This document shows, piece by piece, positions 21,978 to 30,710 of a DNA stretch of 64,000 nucleotides. Below the pieces are notes generated by a model, which had not been told where the DNA came from, did no database searches, and saw only the letters and a list, made by a program, of their open reading frames with translations. How positions within the stretch are numbered: the stretch's first letter is position 1; every line of letters starts with the position of its first letter. Where the stretch lies: assembly GCF_028368995.1 (NCBI RefSeq), contig NZ_JAQNDL010000001.1, positions 4,128,001 to 4,192,000 of the forward strand, read 5' to 3'. Source of the stretch: Nannocystis bainbridge (GTDB taxonomy: Bacteria > Myxococcota_A > Polyangia > Nannocystales > Nannocystaceae). A program made the translations under genes and the position numbers.

Positions 21978-23204
21978 TCAGGGGCTACCCGTCGGCGCCA
22001 TCAGCTCTGATCCAGCGGACGGGTGTCCGAGTGGGAGGCGGCGGCAGTACACACCACGATCCCAGATCGTGTTGTGCGAGGCGACGCAGACGACGCCGCT
22101 GCGCCAGTCGACGGCGAGGCCGCCCGCCTGAACCCGCTCCAATCCCAGCGCAGTCCACGTCGCGCCGCCGTCGTCGCTGGCCCAGATACCCTCTCCCCAG
22201 GACCCGGCGATCACCCGCGACCCATCAGCGGGATCGGGGACCATCACCCGCATGTCCGACACCGGCGGCGTCCTCGGCTCGAACAGCCGACCGGGCGGCG
22301 CGACCCGGAGATCGGTCGACCAGATGTTGCCGTGACGCGCGTAGCGCCAGCCGCCAGCGACGGCCCCGTAGAAATATACGATCGCTTCGGGCGCCGGCTC
22401 CGAGAGCCACTCCCCCGCTTCGCCTTCGCGCGACCACCACGCCGTGCCGAGCGCCACGGCGGTCCCTCCGCCGAGCGCGACGGTGTGGACCCGGCCTTCG
22501 AACTGTTCTTCGGACCATGTCCCTTTGGCCATGTCGAGACGGTGCAGCGCGCCGTCGACGACCGCGAAGAGCTCGCTCGCGCCGACGGCCAGGCTCCTCA
22601 GCTCGCCGGGCGGCCGGCCGAGCGAGCGCCACCGCCCCGTGGCCGGATCGCGCTGATCGAGCCGCGCCGTGCCGCGCGGGGCGGTCCATAGCGTGCCGTC
22701 GGGCGCGGCACAAAACTCCCAGGCGTCCCCGCCAGGGGGGCCGCCGAGGTCACGCCAACCGTCGTCGCCGTGAGCCCACACGTTGCCGCCGCCAGCTTGC
22801 ACGACGAAGCCGTCGACCGACGAGAAGACGATCCGCGGACTATTCCACTCCTCGCTGCCCGCCAGCAAGGTCCACGACGGATCGATCGGACGCGCCCAGG
22901 CGACGACGCCCCAGACGCCGGCGACGAGGTGCGAGAGGATGGCGAGTCGCACGATCACCCATCGCAGCCTCGCTGGCGTCCACGCGAAAAGATCATCCAG
23001 CGCGCCGACGTCGAACCACACGCCGAGGGCCGCGAACAACACGGCCATCACGGGGATCCCCGACAACGCCCACCACGGCGCGATCAACAAGACCGCGCCG
23101 ATGAACGCGAGCATGACGTACGAACCCAGGCGATACCCGCCGACGGCCGCCCGCACGAGGATGCGTCCCACGTCCACGACCCGAGGATGCCACAGCGAGC
23201 CCAT
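21978..23204 (-). CDS. Membrane protein with C-terminal BNR/beta-propeller-like domain
   Basis: Three N-terminal hydrophobic helices, Trp-rich repeats and a SDDGGATW Asp-box. Start uncertain. Confidence 0.6.
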   Translation of the reverse strand: MGSLWHPRVVDVGRILVRAAVGGYRLGSYVMLAFIGAVLLIAPWWALSGIPVMAVLFAALGVWFDVGALDDLFAWTPARLRWVIVRLAILSHLVAGVWGVVAWARPIDPSWTLLAGSEEWNSPRIVFSSVDGFVVQAGGGNVWAHGDDGWRDLGGPPGGDAWEFCAAPDGTLWTAPRGTARLDQRDPATGRWRSLGRPPGELRSLAVGASELFAVVDGALHRLDMAKGTWSEEQFEGRVHTVALGGGTAVALGTAWWSREGEAGEWLSEPAPEAIVYFYGAVAGGWRYARHGNIWSTDLRVAPPGRLFEPRTPPVSDMRVMVPDPADGSRVIAGSWGEGIWASDDGGATWTALGLERVQAGGLAVDWRSGVVCVASHNTIWDRGVYCRRLPLGHPSAGSELMAPTGSP

Positions 23205-23420
23205 CGGCCGGGAGGGGCGAAATCCGGCCTCGCGCACGGGTTCGCATCCGAGGCGAAGCCCGAGCCCCGACTTCCGACCTCCGTACATCGCGTCTGCTCG
23301 AGGTCGGGTCGCGTGAATGAATAATCGGCGCGAGCGAGGCTCGCTCGTTCATTGACACAAGGTCTTTGGTTCTGAAGCGCGTCCGGTCCGTGCGAGGTCG
23401 GGTGCCGTTAACTTGAGACC

Positions 23421-24209
23421 ATGTTCGAGCACTATCTGCACCAACACGCCCCCGATCGTCGTCGTCGTCTGCGCCTGGTGGTGGCGGCTCACCTCGCGGC
23501 GCTCGCCACCGTCGGGGCGCTCGGCTTCACCTGGCTCATGGGCAAGCTGCAGATCGCTCAGGTCGCGCCGCCGAACGCCAACTTCGTGCTCGTGCAGATG
23601 ACGCTCGACACCCCGCTGCCGCCGCCTCCGCTGCCGCCCGCGCCCGCCCGCGCCGAGCCCGAGGACAAGGTCGTGCCGGAGGAGCCGAAGCCCGACGACC
23701 AGCCGCCCGAGGACTTCACCGAGCTGCTCCCGCCGCCCCGGCCGCGACCTGGTCCGGTGGGCAACGGCGCGCCCACGGCCACCGGCACCGCGCCCATCGG
23801 TGTGCCCGGCGTGAGCAACGGGATCCCCGGCGTCACCGGCCTCCCGCCCGGCTTCGCCACTCCCACCCTCGCCGCCCCGCGCCAACCGAAGGGCGAGCAG
23901 CGAGCCCCGGTGCCGCTCGACGCCGTGCGCGCCCAGGCCGTCTACAACCCGAACCCGGCCCAGGAGCGGCTCGCGGCCACTCGCGCCGGCATGTTCGACA
24001 AGCGCCCCGGCGAGAACGAGACCGCGTTCTGCGTCGACGCCACCGGACGCACCACGGAGATCCGCACGATCAAGGCGTTCCCCGGCGACCCGGGCGTCGA
24101 CGAGGTGATCCGCTCGACGATCAAGACCTGGCGGTTCCGCCCGTTCATGGTCGAGGGCAAGGCGATCAAGACCTGTACCTCGCAGCAATTCCGCATCACA
24201 TTCAAATAA
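23421..24209 (+). CDS. TonB-family energy transducer-like protein
   Basis: TM helix with a His, Pro-rich linker and C-terminal VDATG...D......IKTWRFRP....G.A......I.F. Confidence 0.78.
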   Translation: MFEHYLHQHAPDRRRRLRLVVAAHLAALATVGALGFTWLMGKLQIAQVAPPNANFVLVQMTLDTPLPPPPLPPAPARAEPEDKVVPEEPKPDDQPPEDFTELLPPPRPRPGPVGNGAPTATGTAPIGVPGVSNGIPGVTGLPPGFATPTLAAPRQPKGEQRAPVPLDAVRAQAVYNPNPAQERLAATRAGMFDKRPGENETAFCVDATGRTTEIRTIKAFPGDPGVDEVIRSTIKTWRFRPFMVEGKAIKTCTSQQFRITFK

Positions 24210-24211
24210 TG

Positions 24212-24281
24212 TGTCCCGAAGGGCATGCTCTCCAGAGCATGTCCTTCAGAACATGTTCGATGGAGCATGCCACTCAGGGCA
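24212..24281. repeat. Five tandem 14-bp units filling the gap between convergent genes
   Basis: tgtcccgaagggca|tgctctccagagca|tgtccttcagaaca|tgttcgatggagca|tgccactcagggca. Confidence 0.9.
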
Positions 24282-25410
24282 GGCCAATCGGCGCGCCGCT
24301 GATGCCGACCGGGAGGCGGTAGAGGTCGCCCGGGTTACCCGACAGGTACAGGCTCTCGGGGTCCCAGCCGGCGCCCCAGCCGAACTGCGCGTTGGCGACG
24401 TTGCTGTCGAACTCGGCCAGTTGCTCGGGCGCGCCGACGAGCGCGGCGTCGGCGTCGAGGATCCCGCGGAACAGGCGGCTGTTGCCCTGGTCGACGGCGT
24501 AGACGTTGCCGCACTTGTCGAGCACCAGGCCGTCGAGCGCGGCCCCCGGGACGGTGAGGACCTCGGACGGCTCACCGGCCGCGTCGCCGGCGTCGTCGAC
24601 GGCGAGCTTCAGCACCCGGCCGGCGCCGTAGTTGGTGAAGAACAGCAGGCCGCGCGCCGCGTCGAGCACCACGCCGTTGGCGGTCGAGGCCATCGGCCCC
24701 TCGTAGACGGTGGTCTTGGTGAAGCGACCGTCGAAGCGGACCACCCGGCCGCCGCCGAACTCGGTGAGCCACACGCGGCCGGTCGGATCGACGTAGAGGC
24801 CGTTGGGGCTGGCGAGGCCGCCGGCGGCGTCGTCGACCGTGCCGTCGCTGGCGATCGTCTGCAGATCACCCGACTGCGGCAGCGCCACCAGCAGCGCGCC
24901 GCCGGGGGCGAAGCGCGTGCCGTAGATCTGCGGGAAGCCGCTCGCAAGCTCCGTCTCGAGCAGCTCCGCGGTGACGATCACCACCGCGTCGTCGCGCTTG
25001 AGCGCGAGCCCGCCGGCGCCGTCGAACCCGAGGTCCTCGCTGCCGTCGAAGCCCTCGGCGACCAGCTCGGGCGCGAACGGCCCGGGCGCGATCGTCACGC
25101 AGTCGAGCTCCTCGCCGGTCGTCTCTTCGCTGGTCGTCGACGAGGTCCCGGGCTCGGTCGTCGAAGTCGTCGCCTCGGTGGTCGTGAGCGAGGTCGTCGG
25201 CGGATCGCCGGTGGTGTCCTCCGAGGTCCCGGTGGTCGTGTCGGTGGTCGACGTCGTGTCGGTGGTCGAAGTCGCGTCCGTGGTGGTCGGATCGGTCGTC
25301 GAGGTGGTGTCCGCGGTGGTCTGGCTGCCGTTGTCGCCGCAGGCGGGGACGAACGACGCGAGGGTCAGCGAGATCGCAAGGGTAGGTGCGCGCGAGGCCA
25401 TGGCCCGCAC
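24274..25410 (-). CDS. SMP-30/gluconolactonase-like beta-propeller lipoprotein with Thr-rich linker
   Basis: Lipobox VPACG, Thr-rich stalk, and PNG, ANG, LDGL.LD..GNVY and AN..FG propeller motifs. Confidence 0.8.
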   Translation of the reverse strand: MRAMASRAPTLAISLTLASFVPACGDNGSQTTADTTSTTDPTTTDATSTTDTTSTTDTTTGTSEDTTGDPPTTSLTTTEATTSTTEPGTSSTTSEETTGEELDCVTIAPGPFAPELVAEGFDGSEDLGFDGAGGLALKRDDAVVIVTAELLETELASGFPQIYGTRFAPGGALLVALPQSGDLQTIASDGTVDDAAGGLASPNGLYVDPTGRVWLTEFGGGRVVRFDGRFTKTTVYEGPMASTANGVVLDAARGLLFFTNYGAGRVLKLAVDDAGDAAGEPSEVLTVPGAALDGLVLDKCGNVYAVDQGNSRLFRGILDADAALVGAPEQLAEFDSNVANAQFGWGAGWDPESLYLSGNPGDLYRLPVGISGAPIGLP

Positions 25411-25411
25411 G

Positions 25412-27115
25412 CTATCGCGTCGTGACCAGGCTCGCCAGACTGCGGCCGTCGACCTGCGGCGGCGTGATACCGAGGAGCTCGGCCAGCGTCGGCGCGACGT
25501 CGACGGTGCCGACCGGCTCGGCGAGCGTCTTCGCCACCACCGGGCCGCCGAAGAACAGCACCGGCACGTGCGTGTCGTAGCGGTACGGCGAGCCGTGGCT
25601 GGTGCCCGTCGGGTAGCTCGCGGCCAGCGTCCACTCCTTGAAGCGCAGGGTCACGTCGGGGCTGCGCGCGGGGAAGAAGCTGCGGCGATAGCGTTCGAGG
25701 AACTCGGACGCGCCGGTGTCGGGGGCGGTGCCGGACAGCAGGTCGGCGGTGAACACCTCGGCGACAAAATCGAGTCCGGCCAGCTGCTTGCCCACCGCCG
25801 CGCGCAGCTCGGGGGCCGCGATCCCCTTGGCCTCGGCAGCGGCGACGTCGAGCCACACCCCGGTCTCGCCGATGTCGAGCAGGACCTCGGGCGGCAGGCC
25901 GAGCGCCTTGGTGGCGAGGCCGACCTGGCGCGTGACCTGGGCCTTATAGTCGGCCATGACGACGCGGCGGGCGTCCTTCTGCTGGCCCGACTGGACCAGC
26001 AGCTCGGGGATGGGGATCGCGCCGTGATCGGCGGTGAGGGCGAGCACGTAATTGCCGGCGCCGACGTGTTTGTCGAGCGCGCGCAGGAACACGTCGAGGT
26101 AGCCGTCGAGGCGCATGTAGTAGTCCTGGGCCTCGTGGCTCATCGGCCCGTAGCGGTGACCGACGTAGTCGGCGCTCGAGCAGCTGACGAGCAAGATGTC
26201 GGGGTCGGCGTCGACGCCGAGCTGCTCCTCTTCGAGCAGGCGCTGGGCGAACGCCAGCGTCAGCTCGTCGCCGAACGGGGTCCACTGCAGCTCCTTGAGG
26301 AAGGCCTCGCGCGCCTGTGGGCCGCCGTCGTCGAACACGTGCGGCAATTCGGTGTGCACGCGGTCGGCCTCGAACTCGACCTTGTCGGCGCCCGAGCGGG
26401 CGTACACGTCGGGCTCGCGCAGCCGCTGCCAGCCCTCGGCGAACCGGCGGAACACATTGGTCTCGCCGTTGAACTCGGCCACCCACGCCGGCAGCGCCTC
26501 GCCGTACCAGCTCGACGACACGTAGCCGGCCGCCGCCGGGTCGAACCAGTAGGCGCGGTCGGGGTGCTGCCCGCCCATCATCACGCTCGCGCGGTCCTTG
26601 AAGGCGACCGAGAACACCCTGGCCTTCGGGACCTGTCCCTTGAGCCAGTCGCCGATCGCCGGGCGCATCAGCTGCTCCGGCGAGCGGCCGTCGGGCGAGC
26701 CCGCGCGCGGGCCCGAGGCGGTGATGCGCGCGTCCTTGTCGTCGGCGGCGTAGGCCTTCTTGCGGACGGAGCGGTCGTACCACTCGTTCTCGATGATGCC
26801 GTGGCGGCTCGGGTGGGTCGCGGTCGCCGCGCTGGCGTGGCCGGGCGCGGTGAAGGTCAGCGCGTGCTGCAGGTGCCCCTCTTCGAACAGCGCGCCCTGC
26901 TGGCGCAAGCGGGCCAGGCCGCCGGTATAGAGGTCGGCGTAGCGCGACAGGTAGTCGGCGCGCATCTGGTCGACGACCAGCAGGACCACCAGACGCGGCC
27001 GTGACTCGCCCCGGGGGGCCTCGGGCGCGTGAACTTTCGCGTCGCTGCCCGATTCGCGCGTACACGCCGCGAGCAGGGCGAGGGCGACGGTCCACGAGAG
27101 TTTCGCTGCGGACAT
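25412..27115 (-). CDS. Alkaline phosphatase family (PafA-like) lipoprotein
   Basis: VVDQMRADYL, TFTAPGHA (Thr nucleophile), DYVGH.YGP, LTADHG and HGSPY.YD.HVP motifs. Confidence 0.9.
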   Translation of the reverse strand: MSAAKLSWTVALALLAACTRESGSDAKVHAPEAPRGESRPRLVVLLVVDQMRADYLSRYADLYTGGLARLRQQGALFEEGHLQHALTFTAPGHASAATATHPSRHGIIENEWYDRSVRKKAYAADDKDARITASGPRAGSPDGRSPEQLMRPAIGDWLKGQVPKARVFSVAFKDRASVMMGGQHPDRAYWFDPAAAGYVSSSWYGEALPAWVAEFNGETNVFRRFAEGWQRLREPDVYARSGADKVEFEADRVHTELPHVFDDGGPQAREAFLKELQWTPFGDELTLAFAQRLLEEEQLGVDADPDILLVSCSSADYVGHRYGPMSHEAQDYYMRLDGYLDVFLRALDKHVGAGNYVLALTADHGAIPIPELLVQSGQQKDARRVVMADYKAQVTRQVGLATKALGLPPEVLLDIGETGVWLDVAAAEAKGIAAPELRAAVGKQLAGLDFVAEVFTADLLSGTAPDTGASEFLERYRRSFFPARSPDVTLRFKEWTLAASYPTGTSHGSPYRYDTHVPVLFFGGPVVAKTLAEPVGTVDVAPTLAELLGITPPQVDGRSLASLVTTR

Positions 27116-27208
27116 GCGGCGGCAGATCTACGCCCGTTCGCGGTCAGGGTCCAGGTGTGAGCCAGGCACCGATTGACAGCCCCAGGTCGCCCTTTCACAC
27201 TCCGCGCC

Positions 27209-27874
27209 ATGCACGTCCGTCACGCGATCCTCGCCTCGCTCCTCGGATGCACCGTCGTCGCCTGTCAGGGCGGCGCCGCTGCCCCCGCCGCCCAGCCCGC
27301 CGCCGAGGCGGCGAAGGTCGCCGACCCGGCCAAGACCGCCGAGCCGCCGAAGGCCGAAGACAAGGTCGCCGTCGCCGACAAGCACGAGGCCGAAGAGGGC
27401 TGCGTCTACGCCGGCCAGCACAAGGAAGGCCACGACGACGAGGCCGACTGCCCGCACGGCGGCGCCGAGGGCACCCCTAACTCCGGCGAGCCGGGCCACT
27501 TCGGCGCCGCGTTCGCGCTCAAGGACGCCAAGCCGCTCGGCCCGATCCTCGCCGCCGGCAAGGACGCCCTGCCCAAGGACGCCGTCCAGATCAGCGGCAC
27601 CGTCGACAGCGTGTGCCAGAAGAAGGGCTGCTGGATGGTCGTGAAGGACGGCGACCAGGAGGCCCGCATCCTCATGAAGGACCACGGCTTCACCGTGCCG
27701 ATGGACACCAAGGGCAAGCCCGTGTTCGTCGAGGGCACCCTCGAGGCCCGCACCTTCACCGAGGCCCAGGTCAAGCACCTCGAGAAGGACGCCGGCAAGG
27801 ACCCGGCCGCCGCCTCGGGCGAGCGCACCGAGTACGTGCTCACCGCCTCGGGCGTGAAGATCCAGAACAGCTGA
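27209..27874 (+). CDS. DUF4920-family lipoprotein
   Basis: Lipobox, then G.V..VCQKKGCWM...KDHGF.VP.D..GK motif. Confidence 0.85.
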   Translation: MHVRHAILASLLGCTVVACQGGAAAPAAQPAAEAAKVADPAKTAEPPKAEDKVAVADKHEAEEGCVYAGQHKEGHDDEADCPHGGAEGTPNSGEPGHFGAAFALKDAKPLGPILAAGKDALPKDAVQISGTVDSVCQKKGCWMVVKDGDQEARILMKDHGFTVPMDTKGKPVFVEGTLEARTFTEAQVKHLEKDAGKDPAAASGERTEYVLTASGVKIQNS

Positions 27875-27887
27875 GCCGCGCGCGTCC

Positions 27888-27957
27888 TGCTCGTCAGGAC
27901 ATGTCGCAACGCTCATGCCCGAAGGGCCATGTCCGCGAGGACATGGCCCTTCGCGCG
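27888..27957. repeat. Four to five tandem 14-bp units between convergent genes
   Basis: tgctcgtcaggaca|tgtcgcaacgctca|tgcccgaagggcca|tgtccgcgaggaca|tggcccttcgcgcg. Confidence 0.8.
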
Positions 27958-27961
27958 TCCG

Positions 27962-29359
27962 CTAGCCGGACGGCGAGCCGGCGTTGCTGAGCGCGAAGCC
28001 GGTCATGTCGCTGTAGGTGTAGGGCGCGGTCAGGCCGGTGAAGGTATCGACCATCTTGGTCGCCGGGTGCACGCGGTAGGCGTAGGGCTCCGACAGCGTC
28101 ACGCCCCACACGTAGCCGTAGAAGTCGATGCTGATGCCGTGGACGTAGCTGGGGACGTTCAGGACGTCCTTCTGCGTCATCGTCTCGGTGTCGACGGCGA
28201 TGATGAGGTTGGGGTTGCCCGACATGTAGAGGGTGCCGTTGCCGTCCTCCATGCAGCCGCCGCCGCCGGAGACCACGACGGTCTGCCAGGTCTCGGTCAT
28301 CGGGTCGAAGCGGGCCGCGCCGCTGCCGCTGCAGGTCCACACGTAGCCCTTCGAGTCGACGGTCATGCCGTAGCCCGACATCGCCATCGGCCACAGCTTG
28401 TACTGCAGCGTCTGACGGTCGATGAACACCAGCTGGCCGACGCCGAGCTGCGAGCCCCAGAAGTTGCCGTTACCGTCGACCGCCGCGCCGTAGATGCCGT
28501 AGTAGTCGGGGTTGACGCCGACCACGTTGACGGTGGCCTCGACCGCGCCGGTGTCGCCGTTGACGAGCAGGACGTCGAGCTGGTTGTCGGCGTTGACGAA
28601 GTCGTCGTTGTTGCCGGAGGTCCAGACCTTCTGGTTCTCCCACTGGCAGGTCGCCTTGTTGAAGTTGCCCTGCGTCCACGCGACCGGCCGCTGGCTGATG
28701 TAGCTCATCGGCGTGTACCAGGCGACGCACTCGTCGGCCCCCCACGGCAGGTAGTTGGCGTCGACCGCGGTCTGGATGCCCGGCGTCCCGTTGGTGTCGC
28801 CGCACCGCTCGGACTGCGCGTACACCTTCGTCAGGCCGCCGTTGCGGTTGGCGATCACGACGTCGCCCGAGAGGTTGACCGAGGTGCGCGACGGGCTGCC
28901 TGCCGAGTCGGGGCGCACGATGTAGCGACCCTCCTCGATCAGAGTCTCGGTGTTGATCTTGCTCATCGTGCCCTGGCCGCTGTTGGCGATCCAGATGTAC
29001 GAAAAGTCAGGTTCACCGCCCATGCCGCCGCCGCTGCAGGCCATGCCGCCGTCGGGGGTGATGCCGAGGTCGAACTTGGGGCCGCCGCTGGCGGTGACCG
29101 AGGTGCCCGTGACGCCCTCAGTCGGATCGGTCGGGGTCTGGGTGGTCGCGTTGCTCTCGCTGCCGGTCCCCATCGTCGGCGCTTCGCTGGTCGGCCCCGC
29201 CGTCTCGGACACGGTGCCAGCTTCGGTCACGGTCGCCGTGCTCGGGGTCGTGGTCGGAGGCGTCAACGTGGCCGACGCACCGCCGTCGTCGCGTCCGCCG
29301 TTGTCCCCGCAGGCGAACACCACCGACGCGGCGATAAGGGTTTTGAGCTCGTTTCTCAT
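27962..29359 (-). CDS. Myxobacterial lipoprotein with Thr-rich stalk and Vgb/NHL-like beta-propeller domain
   Basis: Lipobox VFACG, plus YIWIANS..GT.SKINT, PSRTSV and C-terminal PYTYSDMTG motifs. Confidence 0.75.
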   Translation of the reverse strand: MRNELKTLIAASVVFACGDNGGRDDGGASATLTPPTTTPSTATVTEAGTVSETAGPTSEAPTMGTGSESNATTQTPTDPTEGVTGTSVTASGGPKFDLGITPDGGMACSGGGMGGEPDFSYIWIANSGQGTMSKINTETLIEEGRYIVRPDSAGSPSRTSVNLSGDVVIANRNGGLTKVYAQSERCGDTNGTPGIQTAVDANYLPWGADECVAWYTPMSYISQRPVAWTQGNFNKATCQWENQKVWTSGNNDDFVNADNQLDVLLVNGDTGAVEATVNVVGVNPDYYGIYGAAVDGNGNFWGSQLGVGQLVFIDRQTLQYKLWPMAMSGYGMTVDSKGYVWTCSGSGAARFDPMTETWQTVVVSGGGGCMEDGNGTLYMSGNPNLIIAVDTETMTQKDVLNVPSYVHGISIDFYGYVWGVTLSEPYAYRVHPATKMVDTFTGLTAPYTYSDMTGFALSNAGSPSG

Positions 29360-29474
29360 GGATAATCCCCGCTGCCGTACGCTAGCACAGCAGGGGGAAT
29401 TCTCGTCACGAGAAGCGGGGATCCACCTCTCGGCCCGCGGGGAGCTCCGGGGCTCGCCGAGCGCGAAATCTCGC

Positions 29475-30554
29475 TCAGGCGCGCCGACGCCGACGCAGGC
29501 CCAGCAGCAACAGACCGAAGGCCCACGGCGGCGGACCGCCGGCGACGCTGCAGGTCAGCGAGGTGTCGTTCGACGAGGCCGGCTCGCCGGCCGCGACGCG
29601 CACGGAGATCCCCGACTCGACCCCGTAGGCCCGCGCGGTGATCTTCCGGAACTCCTGCTCGGGGTCGTGCTCGTAGATGAACACGTCACCCGGCTCGGTG
29701 AAGCCGCGATCGGGCAGCGCCCACTCGAAATCGACGCCGTAGATCGGCTCCTTGTCCTCGGAGACCGCCTGCGCGACCAGCAACCACTCGCCGGCGAGCT
29801 CGGCCGGATCGTTGGCGTCGCCGTCGATGAGCTCGACGCCCGCGATCATGCTGCTGGGCACGCCGAAGATGTCGATCTGCTCGACGAGCGAGTCGCCGAG
29901 CCACAGCTCGGCGCTGTGCCGACCCTGGGCGCCGACGCTCACCTGCAACCAGTTGCGGTTGTCGACCAACTCGGAGTGCTTGACGGTGGCGTCGATCGCC
30001 GAGCTGCCGCTCGCCACGATCGACGTCGATCCCTGCAGGCGGATGTCCTCGTGGAGGTACTCGATGGCGAAGGTCGCGGTGCCGCCGGCGAGGATGCGCG
30101 GGTTCGGGGTCTCGCCGCGGAAGTCGGGGTTGTCGAGGGCGTAGATCGGCGCGGCGAACAGCTTGGCGCGGGTCGGTCGCTTGACCTCGACGGTGGCGCC
30201 GCCACGCACCGCGCCCGAGGTGTCCTTGAGCAGCAGTTCGGTGACGCCCTCGCCGATCGCCCCGACCTCGACGACGAGGATGTGCGGGCTCATCTTGTAT
30301 GGATCGGCGCGCAGCTGCACGACCTTGGGATCCATGCTCTCGACCTTCCAACCGAGGAAATCGGTCTCCTGGTCGTTGTCCTCGACGAACACCTCGAACT
30401 GCGCCCCGAGCACGTACGGAGTGCTCAGCTCGTCACCGTACTCGGCGCGCGGCTTGAACTCGTAGAGCCGGCTGTTGACCGAATCCGAGAAGGTGAACTC
30501 GCTGGTACACGCAGCAAGCAACGAGAGGCCGAGGAGCGTGGACGCGACCCGCAT
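29475..30554 (-). CDS. Lipoprotein with MYXO-CTERM-like C-terminal sorting signal
   Basis: N-terminal LLAAC lipobox; C-terminal LTCSVAGGPPPWAFGLLLLGLRRRRRA. Confidence 0.72.
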   Translation of the reverse strand: MRVASTLLGLSLLAACTSEFTFSDSVNSRLYEFKPRAEYGDELSTPYVLGAQFEVFVEDNDQETDFLGWKVESMDPKVVQLRADPYKMSPHILVVEVGAIGEGVTELLLKDTSGAVRGGATVEVKRPTRAKLFAAPIYALDNPDFRGETPNPRILAGGTATFAIEYLHEDIRLQGSTSIVASGSSAIDATVKHSELVDNRNWLQVSVGAQGRHSAELWLGDSLVEQIDIFGVPSSMIAGVELIDGDANDPAELAGEWLLVAQAVSEDKEPIYGVDFEWALPDRGFTEPGDVFIYEHDPEQEFRKITARAYGVESGISVRVAAGEPASSNDTSLTCSVAGGPPPWAFGLLLLGLRRRRRA

Positions 30555-30710
30555 ACCTCCAAGCTAATCGGACACGATGGCGCGCTCAAGTGCCCCGGGC
30601 TGCCAAAGTGTCATTTCGGCCGGCGGGCCCGCATGGGGCGGATCACGAGCCGCCAGAGTGGGGCGGATCACGCGCGGGCCAGCGGTGCTTTGGGGTAGGG
30701 TCCCCGCGCC

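Noticed and set aside
24212-24281. 14-bp arrays as rho-independent terminators or MITE/IS ends
   Set aside because: The stems are only 5 bp with no U-tract, many copies lie inside CDSs, and there is no constant internal sequence, long terminal inverted repeat or transposase.
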